Source: a virus | Taxonomy: Duplodnaviria; Caudoviricetes | DNA: 25,891 bases | Reading direction: 5' to 3' (one strand) | Virus record (IMG/VR): IMGVR_UViG_3300025103_000139 | Coordinates: 1 to 25,891 of that record | Shown: in pieces, positions 18,208 to 25,436 of the stretch | Layout: every line of letters starts with the position of its first letter | Position numbering within the stretch: position 1 is the first letter of the stretch | Program-made: the position numbers and the translations under genes | Notes under the pieces: model-generated | Told to the model about the DNA's origin: nothing | Seen by the model: the letters and a program-made list of their open reading frames with translations, nothing else | Databases searched by the model: none

Positions 18208-19020
18208 TTATGTTGGAGGGTTACAATGTTCTTTAAACTGACAATAATTACATTGCCACTTTTGAACTGGAGATACTCCAACTCTGAACTGTGGTAACCC
18301 TTGTTTGTGTTCATCATTAATATTCTTCCAGAAGAGATATGCTCTTGATATATAAGTGAGCGGTACCTCTACGCATCTCATCTTAGAATCATCTTTACTG
18401 TAATAATAAAGAAACATACCATCTAACTGTCCGAACTGTTCTTTAAGTGCATACCCATATGTCCCTAATTGTAATTCATAATGAATACTAGGATTAATGG
18501 TTTTGCTTCTCCCAAATTTCATCTTCCATGCCCAACCGCCACAAGTTTTAATATCATACAAATAAATTTGTTTACCATTATTTGAATGCTTTGCAACTAC
18601 ATCATAGAATCCTCTAACATTTAATTCTTCAATTTTAACTTCACCTTCAACTAAAAATTCAATATCTTTTTCTTTATTATTAATTTCTTTTTGAATAAGT
18701 GTAGTATCTTTATTAGTATCTCTATTAGTATCTCTATTAAGTATCTCTATGACAGGCGCCCGCGTAAGAGACTTCTGAACATCTTCATGCACTAAATTTC
18801 CTAGTTGTAATAGCCTCTTAGTTCTCTCATCAAAAGTGCTTGTCGGTTTAATTTGTTCTACTGATTCAAAATATAACTTTCTTGAACAAGAACCTGCTCC
18901 AGAGGCATGATACCATGATTCATTCCCTTCATACCTCTCTCTTCTATTCTTCTCTTGTAACTCATCAAGGTAAGAATTATATATTCCTTCAATATCCGTA
19001 GGACTTTTAACTCCAAGCAC
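18208..19020 (-). CDS. Cas4-like PD-(D/E)XK exonuclease with Fe-S cysteines
   Basis: ASGAGSCSRK, G..VHE, RGFYD..YDIKT, QLGTY and a C-terminal CNYCQFKEHC. Close to the annealing protein gene. Confidence 0.85.
   Translation of the reverse strand: MLGVKSPTDIEGIYNSYLDELQEKNRRERYEGNESWYHASGAGSCSRKLYFESVEQIKPTSTFDERTKRLLQLGNLVHEDVQKSLTRAPVIEILNRDTNRDTNKDTTLIQKEINNKEKDIEFLVEGEVKIEELNVRGFYDVVAKHSNNGKQIYLYDIKTCGGWAWKMKFGRSKTINPSIHYELQLGTYGYALKEQFGQLDGMFLYYYSKDDSKMRCVEVPLTYISRAYLFWKNINDEHKQGLPQFRVGVSPVQKWQCNYCQFKEHCNPPT
18703..18751. repeat. Four tandem 12-bp repeats (AGTATCTCTATT consensus), iteron-like
   Basis: Copies at 18703, 18715, 18727 and 18740 (one extra A before the last). Flanked by GC-rich GGCGCCCGCG and an AT-rich tract. 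Confidence 0.85.
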
Positions 19021-19166
19021 TATACATTTCCTCGTGAGTACTCTTTAATGAACCATCTGAAGCAGTCTGCTATAGTTTTATGGTCACTTTTTAAACATTT
19101 AATCTTAAATTTAACCCACAAATCTCTGTCTATTCCATTAATTAAATAAGACTTATTATCTTCCAT
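19020..19166 (-). CDS. Ribbon-helix-helix-like DNA-binding protein (48 aa)
   Basis: SYLINGIDRDLWVKFKIKC....TIADCFRWFIKEY gives a beta-alpha-alpha pattern. An AAGGGG RBS precedes ATG 19166. Confidence 0.6.
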   Translation of the reverse strand: MEDNKSYLINGIDRDLWVKFKIKCLKSDHKTIADCFRWFIKEYSRGNV

Positions 19167-19236
19167 ATATTTATCCCCTTTATTATGCATATTCTGTATA
19201 TTATAAATATAATAAAACATATACATATATTGTTAG

Positions 19237-19380
19237 TTATTTTTTCATTTTCTTTATTATTTTTTCCTTGAATTCTCTGAATTCCTTCTCATCTATCTTC
19301 CCATAATGTGTTTCCCATAAAGTAGACACCATTATCTTCAACATGTTTATCTCTGCAAGTATATCCTCTCTTGAATTCAT
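19237..19380 (-). CDS. Hypothetical protein (47 aa, MNSREDILAEINML...)
   Basis: Hand-translated. TAATG coupling with 19380..19772. Confidence 0.5.
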   Translation of the reverse strand: MNSREDILAEINMLKIMVSTLWETHYGKIDEKEFREFKEKIIKKMKK

Positions 19381-19772
19381 TATTTACTATCCCTTTCTGG
19401 CTCACAATCTTTACAAAAATCAGCATTTCCATCATCAAAGAACATTTCTTTATAGGAAAATCCTCCCCCACAATTAACACACATGTAATCTCTTTTTCTT
19501 TTATTGTACGAAGGATAACCAGTTTCCCACTCTCCTTCTTTTCTTATTATTTCATTAATGTAATTTTCGCTATCTTTTAATTGGATATTTAATTTTTTAA
19601 TTGTCAATTTTAGTCTTTCATTTTCCACCCTAATTTCACCGCCTTTTTTTAGCTTGGCTATCGTTACCCTTAGTTCATCGTTTTTCTCGCTTAAAAGGGC
19701 AATTTCACGCAAAAAAACGCTATTTGAGGTGTCATCACGCATTCTTTTTAATTCTTGATATTCATTTTTCAT
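19380..19772 (-). CDS. Coiled-coil protein with a C-terminal zinc finger
   Basis: Heptad repeats, then CVNC...CKDC. GGGAG RBS. Confidence 0.65.
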   Translation of the reverse strand: MKNEYQELKRMRDDTSNSVFLREIALLSEKNDELRVTIAKLKKGGEIRVENERLKLTIKKLNIQLKDSENYINEIIRKEGEWETGYPSYNKRKRDYMCVNCGGGFSYKEMFFDDGNADFCKDCEPERDSK

Positions 19773-19781
19773 TATTTCTCC

Positions 19782-19949
19782 CTAATCATTTATAATTTTA
19801 ATAAACTCGTAACTATTTTCTCTGTATTCATCTGGTAATTCCATGTTTTCCATCAGCTCTTTTATTTGTTTGTCTGTATATCTGCTTGGAAATGGATATT
19901 CAAGTTCTACTTTTATTATTGCTGTTTTTACAAAATTGGCTTTTTTCAT
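19782..19949 (-). CDS. Hypothetical protein (55 aa, MKKANFVKT...)
   Basis: Hand-translated, AAAGGA RBS. Confidence 0.55.
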   Translation of the reverse strand: MKKANFVKTAIIKVELEYPFPSRYTDKQIKELMENMELPDEYRENSYEFIKIIND

Positions 19950-19967
19950 TATTTATCCTTTCATACA

Positions 19968-19989
19968 AGCAGGAGCCGAAACCCCTGCT
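19968..19989 (-). other. GC-rich UUCG-loop hairpin in an intergenic gap
   Basis: Minus strand reads AGCAGGGGT-TTCG-GCTCCTGCT, with no strong U tract after it. Confidence 0.55.
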
Positions 19990-20014
19990 CATATTGTGTT
20001 ATTTAATGTGTTAT

Positions 20015-20311
20015 TTAATCAACCAGTAGGTCTTTAGCTTCTTTAATAACTTCGACCTCTTTGATAACCTCTACTTCTCTGATAACCTCTACTTCTTTGA
20101 TTACCTCCACCACTTTTGGTTCAGCTATTTCTAATGAATTTAATCTATCCATAGAATGTGATACTTCTCTTGCAAGTAGGTTATAATTAGTTTCCAAATT
20201 ACTCAAACTTGTAAGTAAGTTTCCACTTTTAACTGAGTTCCAGGTACACCATGTTGTTAGCATCATTGCTAAACAATATAATGTTGTTGTGTTACACTTT
20301 TTCATGTCCAT
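20015..20311 (-). CDS. Membrane-anchored protein with EVIKEV repeats
   Basis: Hydrophobic N-terminus, coiled coil, and an 18-bp-period repeat at about 20040-20110. Confidence 0.65.
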   Translation of the reverse strand: MDMKKCNTTTLYCLAMMLTTWCTWNSVKSGNLLTSLSNLETNYNLLAREVSHSMDRLNSLEIAEPKVVEVIKEVEVIREVEVIKEVEVIKEAKDLLVD

Positions 20312-20320
20312 CTCCTTTTC

Positions 20321-20818
20321 TTATTTATTTGACCATAAAGGCTGTTCACAGCTCTTCATTGTTGTATTACCATCTCCTAATCCATCTCCATCTCTATCTG
20401 CATACCATACTGACTGGCCATCGCCACCACATACACCACAATCATCTCTATCGTTTGTTGCGCAGTAATCATCATTATCATCAGAATTTCTCACCCACAT
20501 ACCAATAACATCATCTGAAGGAAAAATATATGTTCCTTTTTCTTCATAGTCGGTAGTATATGTGGCCCCATTCCAAGTAAAGACACCTCCAGCTCCAAAC
20601 TCTGCTCTTGCTTTAGCAAATGCTTGTTCAAATGTAACATTATCAGTTTTGGCCGCCAAATCTATCTCTTTTTGCTCCATGTTTTGTATCATACGATTAA
20701 CAGCCTCATCTATTCTATGCTGTTCTTCTGCATTATTGTTTATTTTACTGCTGTTCATTGTTAGCCAAATTGTTGTCATGGCTAATATTGCCCATACTGC
20801 TTTTACTTGTGTTTTCAT
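20321..20818 (-). CDS. Secreted or membrane-anchored protein with Asp/Cys-rich metal-binding-like motifs
   Basis: Signal-like N-terminus, FEQAFAKARAEFGAGGVFTWNGATYTT, DDCGVCGGDG and WYADRDGDGLGD. Confidence 0.7.
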   Translation of the reverse strand: MKTQVKAVWAILAMTTIWLTMNSSKINNNAEEQHRIDEAVNRMIQNMEQKEIDLAAKTDNVTFEQAFAKARAEFGAGGVFTWNGATYTTDYEEKGTYIFPSDDVIGMWVRNSDDNDDYCATNDRDDCGVCGGDGQSVWYADRDGDGLGDGNTTMKSCEQPLWSNK

Positions 20819-20893
20819 TCTTACTCCTTTTTGTTTATTTTCTTATTGTTTCTGCAATTAATAAAACTAAAATTATTACAGATATCCAGCCTA

Positions 20894-21067
20894 TCATTTA
20901 CCACCTCCATAATATTCTCTTTCAGACATTCCTTTGTATTTCCATACAGGCATGCCCGTTATCATTACCATTCTTATATCCTCCAATGCTGGAAGCACGT
21001 GGTCAGTATATCCTAACTCATATCCATATTCTTCCAAGAAGTTTTGTAAGTAACTTTTCATTCTCAT
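20894..21067 (-). CDS. Hypothetical protein (57 aa, MRMKSYLQNF...)
   Basis: Hand-translated, AGGAGGAG RBS, ATGA coupling. Confidence 0.55.
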   Translation of the reverse strand: MRMKSYLQNFLEEYGYELGYTDHVLPALEDIRMVMITGMPVWKYKGMSEREYYGGGK

Positions 21068-21204
21068 TTTTTCTCCTCCTTTGTTTCACAATTACTACAA
21101 TACCCATTATCTATTTCTATCTCATCAGTAGTGAGCCATTGTATTCCACAATTATTTTTACAGGGAACATTATAATAAATATTCCCATCATGTATCGTTT
21201 CCAT
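21064..21204 (-). CDS. Small zinc-finger protein (46 aa)
   Basis: Hand-translated: CKNNC...CSNC. TAATG coupling. Confidence 0.5.
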   Translation of the reverse strand: METIHDGNIYYNVPCKNNCGIQWLTTDEIEIDNGYCSNCETKEEKK

Positions 21205-21308
21205 TATTTCCCCTTTCTTAGTTTCTTTTGTTCCCTTTTCCACTTCTTAATCGCCAGGCTCTTCGCCTTTCTCTCTTGTTTTCTCTGTTTTGCTTTTCTA
21301 TTAGGCAT
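21204..21308 (-). CDS. Very basic peptide (34 aa, MPNRKAKQRKQERKAKSLAIKKWKREQKKLRKGK)
   Basis: Hand-translated, AAGGGG RBS, tiles the operon. Confidence 0.5.
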   Translation of the reverse strand: MPNRKAKQRKQERKAKSLAIKKWKREQKKLRKGK

Positions 21309-21471
21309 TTATACCCCTTTCTGTTTCATCTAATTGCTCACACATTGTCTCACTACCTTTCAATAACTTATCCAGGTAACTCTCATATATTGATATTTTT
21401 TTATTCGCTCTATCTAACCTTTTTTGAAGGCTAAATAATGTTGTTGCTGATTCTTTGCTCATTTTGTGCAT
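21301..21471 (-). CDS. Small coiled-coil hypothetical protein
   Basis: AAAGGAG RBS before ATG 21471. The listed ORF start at 21513 is probably too long. Confidence 0.5.
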   Translation of the reverse strand: MHKMSKESATTLFSLQKRLDRANKKISIYESYLDKLLKGSETMCEQLDETERGINA

Positions 21472-21722
21472 TTGTTCTCCTTTTTGTATTCTGATATATG
21501 TAGTGGGTGACACATATCATTGCATTTATTACACCAATATTGATTATCATCTCTATCTGTACCATATTTATAGTAAGGCTCTCCTTCAATGGATACATAA
21601 CTATTTGTATCAACCCATATTTTTTCTTCTATATCTGTTTCACCACAATCTTGACATACTATCAAATCTTGCTCTTTAATCTTTCGTATGTCTTCCTTCA
21701 TTTGTTTTGTTAATCTTATCAT
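21459..21722 (-). CDS. Zinc-ribbon protein (87 aa)
   Basis: CQDCG..DIEEKIWVD...WCNKC. Confidence 0.65.
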   Translation of the reverse strand: MIRLTKQMKEDIRKIKEQDLIVCQDCGETDIEEKIWVDTNSYVSIEGEPYYKYGTDRDDNQYWCNKCNDMCHPLHISEYKKENKCTK

Positions 21723-21916
21723 TTCAACTCCTTGATTATATTATTTAACTTTTCACCTTCCCATATTCTGTTGTATATCTCATCAAAATCATCTTCTGCT
21801 GTAGGATAATCACTCCAATCAAACAGCTTGTATAGTTCATATGCTATATTTTTAAGTTTGCCCTCATCTGCATATTCGCAGTTTTCAGCTTCATGCCACA
21901 AATCTATCTCATTCAT
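21719..21916 (-). CDS. Acidic hypothetical protein (65 aa)
   Basis: AAGGAG RBS and ATGA coupling to the next gene. Confidence 0.6.
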   Translation of the reverse strand: MNEIDLWHEAENCEYADEGKLKNIAYELYKLFDWSDYPTAEDDFDEIYNRIWEGEKLNNIIKELK

Positions 21917-21917
21917 T

Positions 21918-22082
21918 TCAACTCCTTTTCTTTTCTATTTCTGTTATTTTATCATCAATCATATTCTCAAATCTTTCCACTAATCTTGCTCTCATATTGT
22001 ACGTTAAATTGTCTGAATACTGCCCATAATACCAACACATATGGGCAATCTCATCTTTTGTATAATAATCTTCCATTAACAT
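21918..22082 (-). CDS. Hypothetical protein (54 aa, MLMEDYYTKDE...)
   Basis: Hand-translated, tiles the operon. Confidence 0.5.
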   Translation of the reverse strand: MLMEDYYTKDEIAHMCWYYGQYSDNLTYNMRARLVERFENMIDDKITEIEKKRS

Positions 22083-22402
22083 ATCTTAAACCCTCCACTT
22101 TCGATACAAAATAGGGCAAATTCTTCGACAATTTCTACATCAAAAGGGTAATCACTATCTTTTTGATAATCCTCTTGAAATTGCATAGCTCTACCATCTG
22201 CAATATATTTCATTAATCGTTCTCCAAGTTTTTTTGAATCATCTGCATTTAATCCTGCGCCATTATTATAATGTCCAGATTCCCATAATTCTTCTGAAAT
22301 TATATCTTCTGCAATCTCTCTGCAATAATTCCATAAAGGTCTCCAATTCCAATTACTCTTACTGAATTCTTTTCCTTTTAATCCATGTATGACCATTCCC
22401 AT
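22076..22402 (-). CDS. Conserved-looking phage early protein
   Basis: MGM..HG...NWNWRPLW.Y...YPFDVEIVEEFALFCIESGGFKIC pattern. AAAGGAG RBS before ATG 22402. Confidence 0.65.
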   Translation of the reverse strand: MGMVIHGLKGKEFSKSNWNWRPLWNYCREIAEDIISEELWESGHYNNGAGLNADDSKKLGERLMKYIADGRAMQFQEDYQKDSDYPFDVEIVEEFALFCIESGGFKIC

Positions 22403-22403
22403 T

Positions 22404-22661
22404 TCATTCTCCTTTTGTGTTGTTAATATTATATACAGGGCATAATAAAATATCGTCATTTTCTCTTTTAACTAATTCTCTTTCAATTCTTTGAAATTCT
22501 ATTAAAGATTTAACTTTCTTTGTTTTATTCCAATGGTCAAAAATATCCTCGCTAAATTTTATTAATTGTTCTGTTGAGTAATTACTTGCATTACCTAATG
22601 CCTCGTTAGGTAAAAAATCTGTATAACTATATAATTTATATTTTATTTGTTTCTTATCCAT
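22404..22661 (-). CDS. Hypothetical protein (85 aa)
   Basis: AAAGGAG RBS. Confidence 0.55.
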   Translation of the reverse strand: MDKKQIKYKLYSYTDFLPNEALGNASNYSTEQLIKFSEDIFDHWNKTKKVKSLIEFQRIERELVKRENDDILLCPVYNINNTKGE

Positions 22662-22662
22662 T

Positions 22663-22806
22663 TCATTCTCCTTTTGCCTTTATTTCGCTCAAAAATAGTC
22701 TTTTTACGGTACTTTTTGAATATCCTATATAAAGCCTCGATACTAAATAATTGTCCACAATATCGCTAACTTTTATATACCCGTTTATTGTTCTTTCGAT
22801 TGTCAT
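22663..22806 (-). CDS. Hypothetical protein (47 aa, MTIERTINGYIKVSDIV...)
   Basis: Hand-translated, GGAG RBS. Confidence 0.55.
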   Translation of the reverse strand: MTIERTINGYIKVSDIVDNYLVSRLYIGYSKSTVKRLFLSEIKAKGE

Positions 22807-22824
22807 ATTACTCTCCATAATTAT

Positions 22825-23034
22825 TTAAGATTGCTCACTTCTAAAATCTTCTACAATATCCCAATCTTTTAAATAAGAATCTTCTATATCATAACAGAAA
22901 AAACCTCCGCTGTGAGTATTGTTTGGTGGAGTATGCACCCCTACTTTTTGATAAGCTAAATATACTCTTGATATTTCGTAGCCATCTTCTGTATTCCATA
23001 CATCAATAATTACCTTTTCTTTTTTATTGCTCAT
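22825..23034 (-). CDS. Hypothetical protein (69 aa)
   Basis: AAAGGAG RBS and ATGA coupling. Confidence 0.6.
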   Translation of the reverse strand: MSNKKEKVIIDVWNTEDGYEISRVYLAYQKVGVHTPPNNTHSGGFFCYDIEDSYLKDWDIVEDFRSEQS

Positions 23035-23351
23035 ATTATTTCTCCTTTTTTGTTGTTTGACATAATTATTTTTGTTGCTTGAACTCCAATATCGTGTATT
23101 TCTTTTCTTTGTTCTTCTTCTGTCATATTAAACGTTATATTTCTTGCTAATCTTGTTCTGTTTCCATCACTTAAACCTGCTAACCACATAATGAAATTTG
23201 TTTGCATTTGCTTAAATTTATCTACTAAATAATCTCCTCCGTTTGCAACATCAAAAGCGGTTCCTGTTACTCCATAACTATCTTCTGCAAATTGTTTTAA
23301 ATTACTATCTACCGCCCACCTTACTAATTTATCTAAATCGTTCTTATTCAT
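23031..23351 (-). CDS. Hypothetical protein (106 aa)
   Basis: GAGGAGG RBS and ATGA coupling. Confidence 0.65.
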   Translation of the reverse strand: MNKNDLDKLVRWAVDSNLKQFAEDSYGVTGTAFDVANGGDYLVDKFKQMQTNFIMWLAGLSDGNRTRLARNITFNMTEEEQRKEIHDIGVQATKIIMSNNKKGEII

Positions 23352-23677
23352 TTTTTCACCTCCTCTTTTTCTGTCTTTGTAATTTCGCTTATATGCTCGT
23401 GCAATCCATCAACTATGGCTTGGTATATATTTGCTTGAATTTGGTCGTGTGCGTTGCCTTCTGGATTTATTTCGGGGATTTCTGTCATTAACCAACTATT
23501 ATTTCCTGCATATCTTCCTATATCATAATAATAAATCGGTACATTACTATCTGCTATTTGGTGAATTGCGTCTTCAAGGTCGTAATGTCCTTTTTGTATT
23601 TCTTTCCAATCGTAGTTTAAATCATCACAAGCCTCTGATATTAAATCTGCTAATTCGTATCTATTTTTCTTGTTCAT
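23348..23677 (-). CDS. ocr: Ocr-like (T7 gp0.3) DNA-mimic anti-restriction protein
   Basis: DLEDAIHQIADSNVPIYYYDI and QIQANIYQ match T7 Ocr [21 protein letters not shown] and ILQARIYE (T7 sequence recalled from memory). Acidic, 109 aa, near the start of the early operon. Confidence 0.8.
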   Translation of the reverse strand: MNKKNRYELADLISEACDDLNYDWKEIQKGHYDLEDAIHQIADSNVPIYYYDIGRYAGNNSWLMTEIPEINPEGNAHDQIQANIYQAIVDGLHEHISEITKTEKEEVKK

Positions 23678-23678
23678 C

Positions 23679-23852
23679 TTATTGTCCTTTCACAATTTTA
23701 TTTATTTTGTCTATATCTGTTCCATTTAAAACTATTTCATTTATATCTTCTCCGTCAATTTGTATTAAAAATAATATACCATTTGATTTGATTAGTTTAG
23801 TACACTCGTTGGTATCTTTATTTTCCCAAATTATCCATTGTTTAAATGACAT
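23679..23852 (-). CDS. Hypothetical protein (57 aa, MSFKQWIIWE...)
   Basis: Hand-translated, AAAGGA RBS. Confidence 0.5.
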   Translation of the reverse strand: MSFKQWIIWENKDTNECTKLIKSNGILFLIQIDGEDINEIVLNGTDIDKINKIVKGQ

Positions 23853-23853
23853 T

Positions 23854-24135
23854 TTATTGTCCTTTCTGTGTGCGTTTATTATATCCGCTTGTTTTTGGTA
23901 AGAATAAATTATCGAATGTTCCGTTTAAGTCGTGAGCTATTGTTGGTGTGATTTTATTTTCCATATCTCTATCTTTACAAAATTGTATAAAGGCTTGAAT
24001 GTCTTTTACTCCATATTCTTCGACATATTTAAAACATATCATTGACTTTTCCAATTCGTCTTTGAAATCCCAATGGTCTAAATATGTATTAACTATTTTT
24101 TTTAATTCTTTCATTTCTTGCAATGAATCTTTCAT
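23854..24135 (-). CDS. Hypothetical protein, first gene of the leftward operon (93 aa)
   Basis: GAGGA RBS. Confidence 0.65.
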   Translation of the reverse strand: MKDSLQEMKELKKIVNTYLDHWDFKDELEKSMICFKYVEEYGVKDIQAFIQFCKDRDMENKITPTIAHDLNGTFDNLFLPKTSGYNKRTQKGQ

Positions 24136-24306
24136 TTTCTTATCCTCTCATTTTCTTTATTTATTAATCATATCTAACGATTGAATATAAATATATATAA
24201 TGATAATAACAATAATAATTATAATAAATATAATAATTATAATAAATATAATGGAACTTTTGTAAATTATAAGCATTAAAGAGATAGAAACAATAATTAA
24301 ACAGAG
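24136..24306. promoter_or_regulatory. Divergent AT-rich promoter region
   Basis: Strand switch point. The minus strand has TTGTTA-17-TATATT (24212..24184). There is an 18-bp tandem repeat ATAATAATTATAATAAAT at 24212-24247. Confidence 0.6.
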
Positions 24307-24312
24307 GTGAAA

Positions 24313-24591
24313 ATGTCTACAACATTTGCAATAATAAAAGAAAATGAAGAAGGCGAAAAAAATATTCGCATTGATGTAGCTCACAGAAGAAGTATTGGTG
24401 GGGGTAAATGCGGTATAAAATGGTTCAACATATCATTATATGAATTATTTAATATAACTAAGTATTTCAAGCACTACAAAATAGATGAAATACCAATTCA
24501 TGCAATGGACAACACCGCACAAGGTGTAGAGACAATAGGCGATTTAATAACATTAAATGAATACGGGAGGTTGGATAATGTTAATAAATAA
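24313..24591 (+). CDS. Hypothetical protein (about 92 aa)
   Basis: GAGGTG RBS before ATG 24313. Confidence 0.6.
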   Translation: MSTTFAIIKENEEGEKNIRIDVAHRRSIGGGKCGIKWFNISLYELFNITKYFKHYKIDEIPIHAMDNTAQGVETIGDLITLNEYGRLDNVNK

Positions 24592-24784
24592 TTTAGATGA
24601 CGTTACAGAGGTTTTAAATCAATTGGAACGTAAAATTGAAGATTTACAAGAAGAAACTCGAAATCTTCCCAGCGTAGTAAATAGCATTTACAAGAAAATA
24701 ATAAAAACTAATAAAAGAATTGAAGCGGTGGAAACACTCTTTAATAACATAAATGAAATAAACTATATAGATGGGAGGTCTTAA
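24578..24784 (+). CDS. Small coiled-coil protein
   Basis: GGGAGG RBS before ATG 24578. Confidence 0.55.
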   Translation: MLINNLDDVTEVLNQLERKIEDLQEETRNLPSVVNSIYKKIIKTNKRIEAVETLFNNINEINYIDGRS

Positions 24785-24785
24785 A

Positions 24786-24926
24786 GTGTGTAAATGTTTA
24801 AATAATAATCATAATTATAATTGTAAATATGGCATTAAAATGAGTTTAGAAGATTACAAAATAAGGCTAGTAAAATTTGGTTATAAAGCAGAACAAATTA
24901 AAAAATTAGTAAATAAATGGTATTAA
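24786..24926 (+). CDS. Hypothetical protein (46 aa, GTG start)
   Basis: Hand-translated, GGGAGG RBS. Confidence 0.4.
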   Translation: MCKCLNNNHNYNCKYGIKMSLEDYKIRLVKFGYKAEQIKKLVNKWY

Positions 24927-24962
24927 TAAACTACATAAACAATAAAACAAAAGGAGTAAAAA

Positions 24963-25145
24963 ATGAGAAAATTCGACTTTAAAAACTTAACACTTGAAAC
25001 AGCAGAAGAAGAAATTTTTGCACTGCAAGGTAGTCAATACGGCCATAATATGATAGGATTAATACTTGGCGAGGTTGCTAATAAATTCGGGGAAGATGTA
25101 GCAGACCAATTAGAGATTGATACAGACGCGTTTGGAGGTTGTTAA
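24963..25145 (+). CDS. Acidic hypothetical protein (60 aa)
   Basis: AAAGGAG RBS. Confidence 0.6.
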   Translation: MRKFDFKNLTLETAEEEIFALQGSQYGHNMIGLILGEVANKFGEDVADQLEIDTDAFGGC

Positions 25146-25146
25146 T

Positions 25147-25434
25147 ATGGTAAATATGAACGAGAATTGCCAATTCTTAAAAGAGTTAAACGCAGGTAAT
25201 AAAATGGCGCTTTATAATTTAGCAGTGTGTAAAGGTCAAGTTAAATTATTTAGTAAGGGAATAAAACCAACCCAAAGATGGCGCTTAAAAGATGTTAAGA
25301 ACTACTTTGGATTAGTTGGCGGAACAGATAAAATACTAGACCAATTAGAGCAGTTACAAGAGATAATTAATGAAAAAGAAACGTATGGAATAAAGAACAA
25401 TCTTAATATTAACTTAAATGATGAAAGGGCTTAA
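25147..25434 (+). CDS. Hypothetical protein (about 95 aa)
   Basis: GGAGG RBS before ATG 25147. Confidence 0.6.
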   Translation: MVNMNENCQFLKELNAGNKMALYNLAVCKGQVKLFSKGIKPTQRWRLKDVKNYFGLVGGTDKILDQLEQLQEIINEKETYGIKNNLNINLNDERA

Positions 25435-25436
25435 AT

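Noticed and set aside
18208-19020. Cas4-like gene plus repeats as a CRISPR system
   Set aside because: The repeats are contiguous 12-mers without spacers and no other cas genes are present. Solo Cas4-like nucleases beside annealing proteins are common in phages.
19289-19480. 63-aa minus ORF
   Set aside because: It overlaps 19380..19772 by about 100 nt. The coupled 47-aa ORF 19237..19380 tiles better.
20040-20110. 18-bp periodic repeat as a DNA element
   Set aside because: The variation is mostly at synonymous positions, consistent with a protein-level EVIKEV repeat.
21431-21613. 60-aa minus ORF
   Set aside because: It is an alternative frame inside the zinc-ribbon gene.
12789-24184. Plus-strand ORFs across the leftward operon (e.g. 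12789, 13860, 16303, 20562, 20758, 23431)
   Set aside because: They are antisense shadows of well-tiled minus-strand genes. Their Phe/Leu/Ser/Ile richness reflects the A-rich coding strand.
24157-24384. Poly-Ile 75-aa minus ORF
   Set aside because: It is a translation of the AT-rich repeat in the divergent promoter region.
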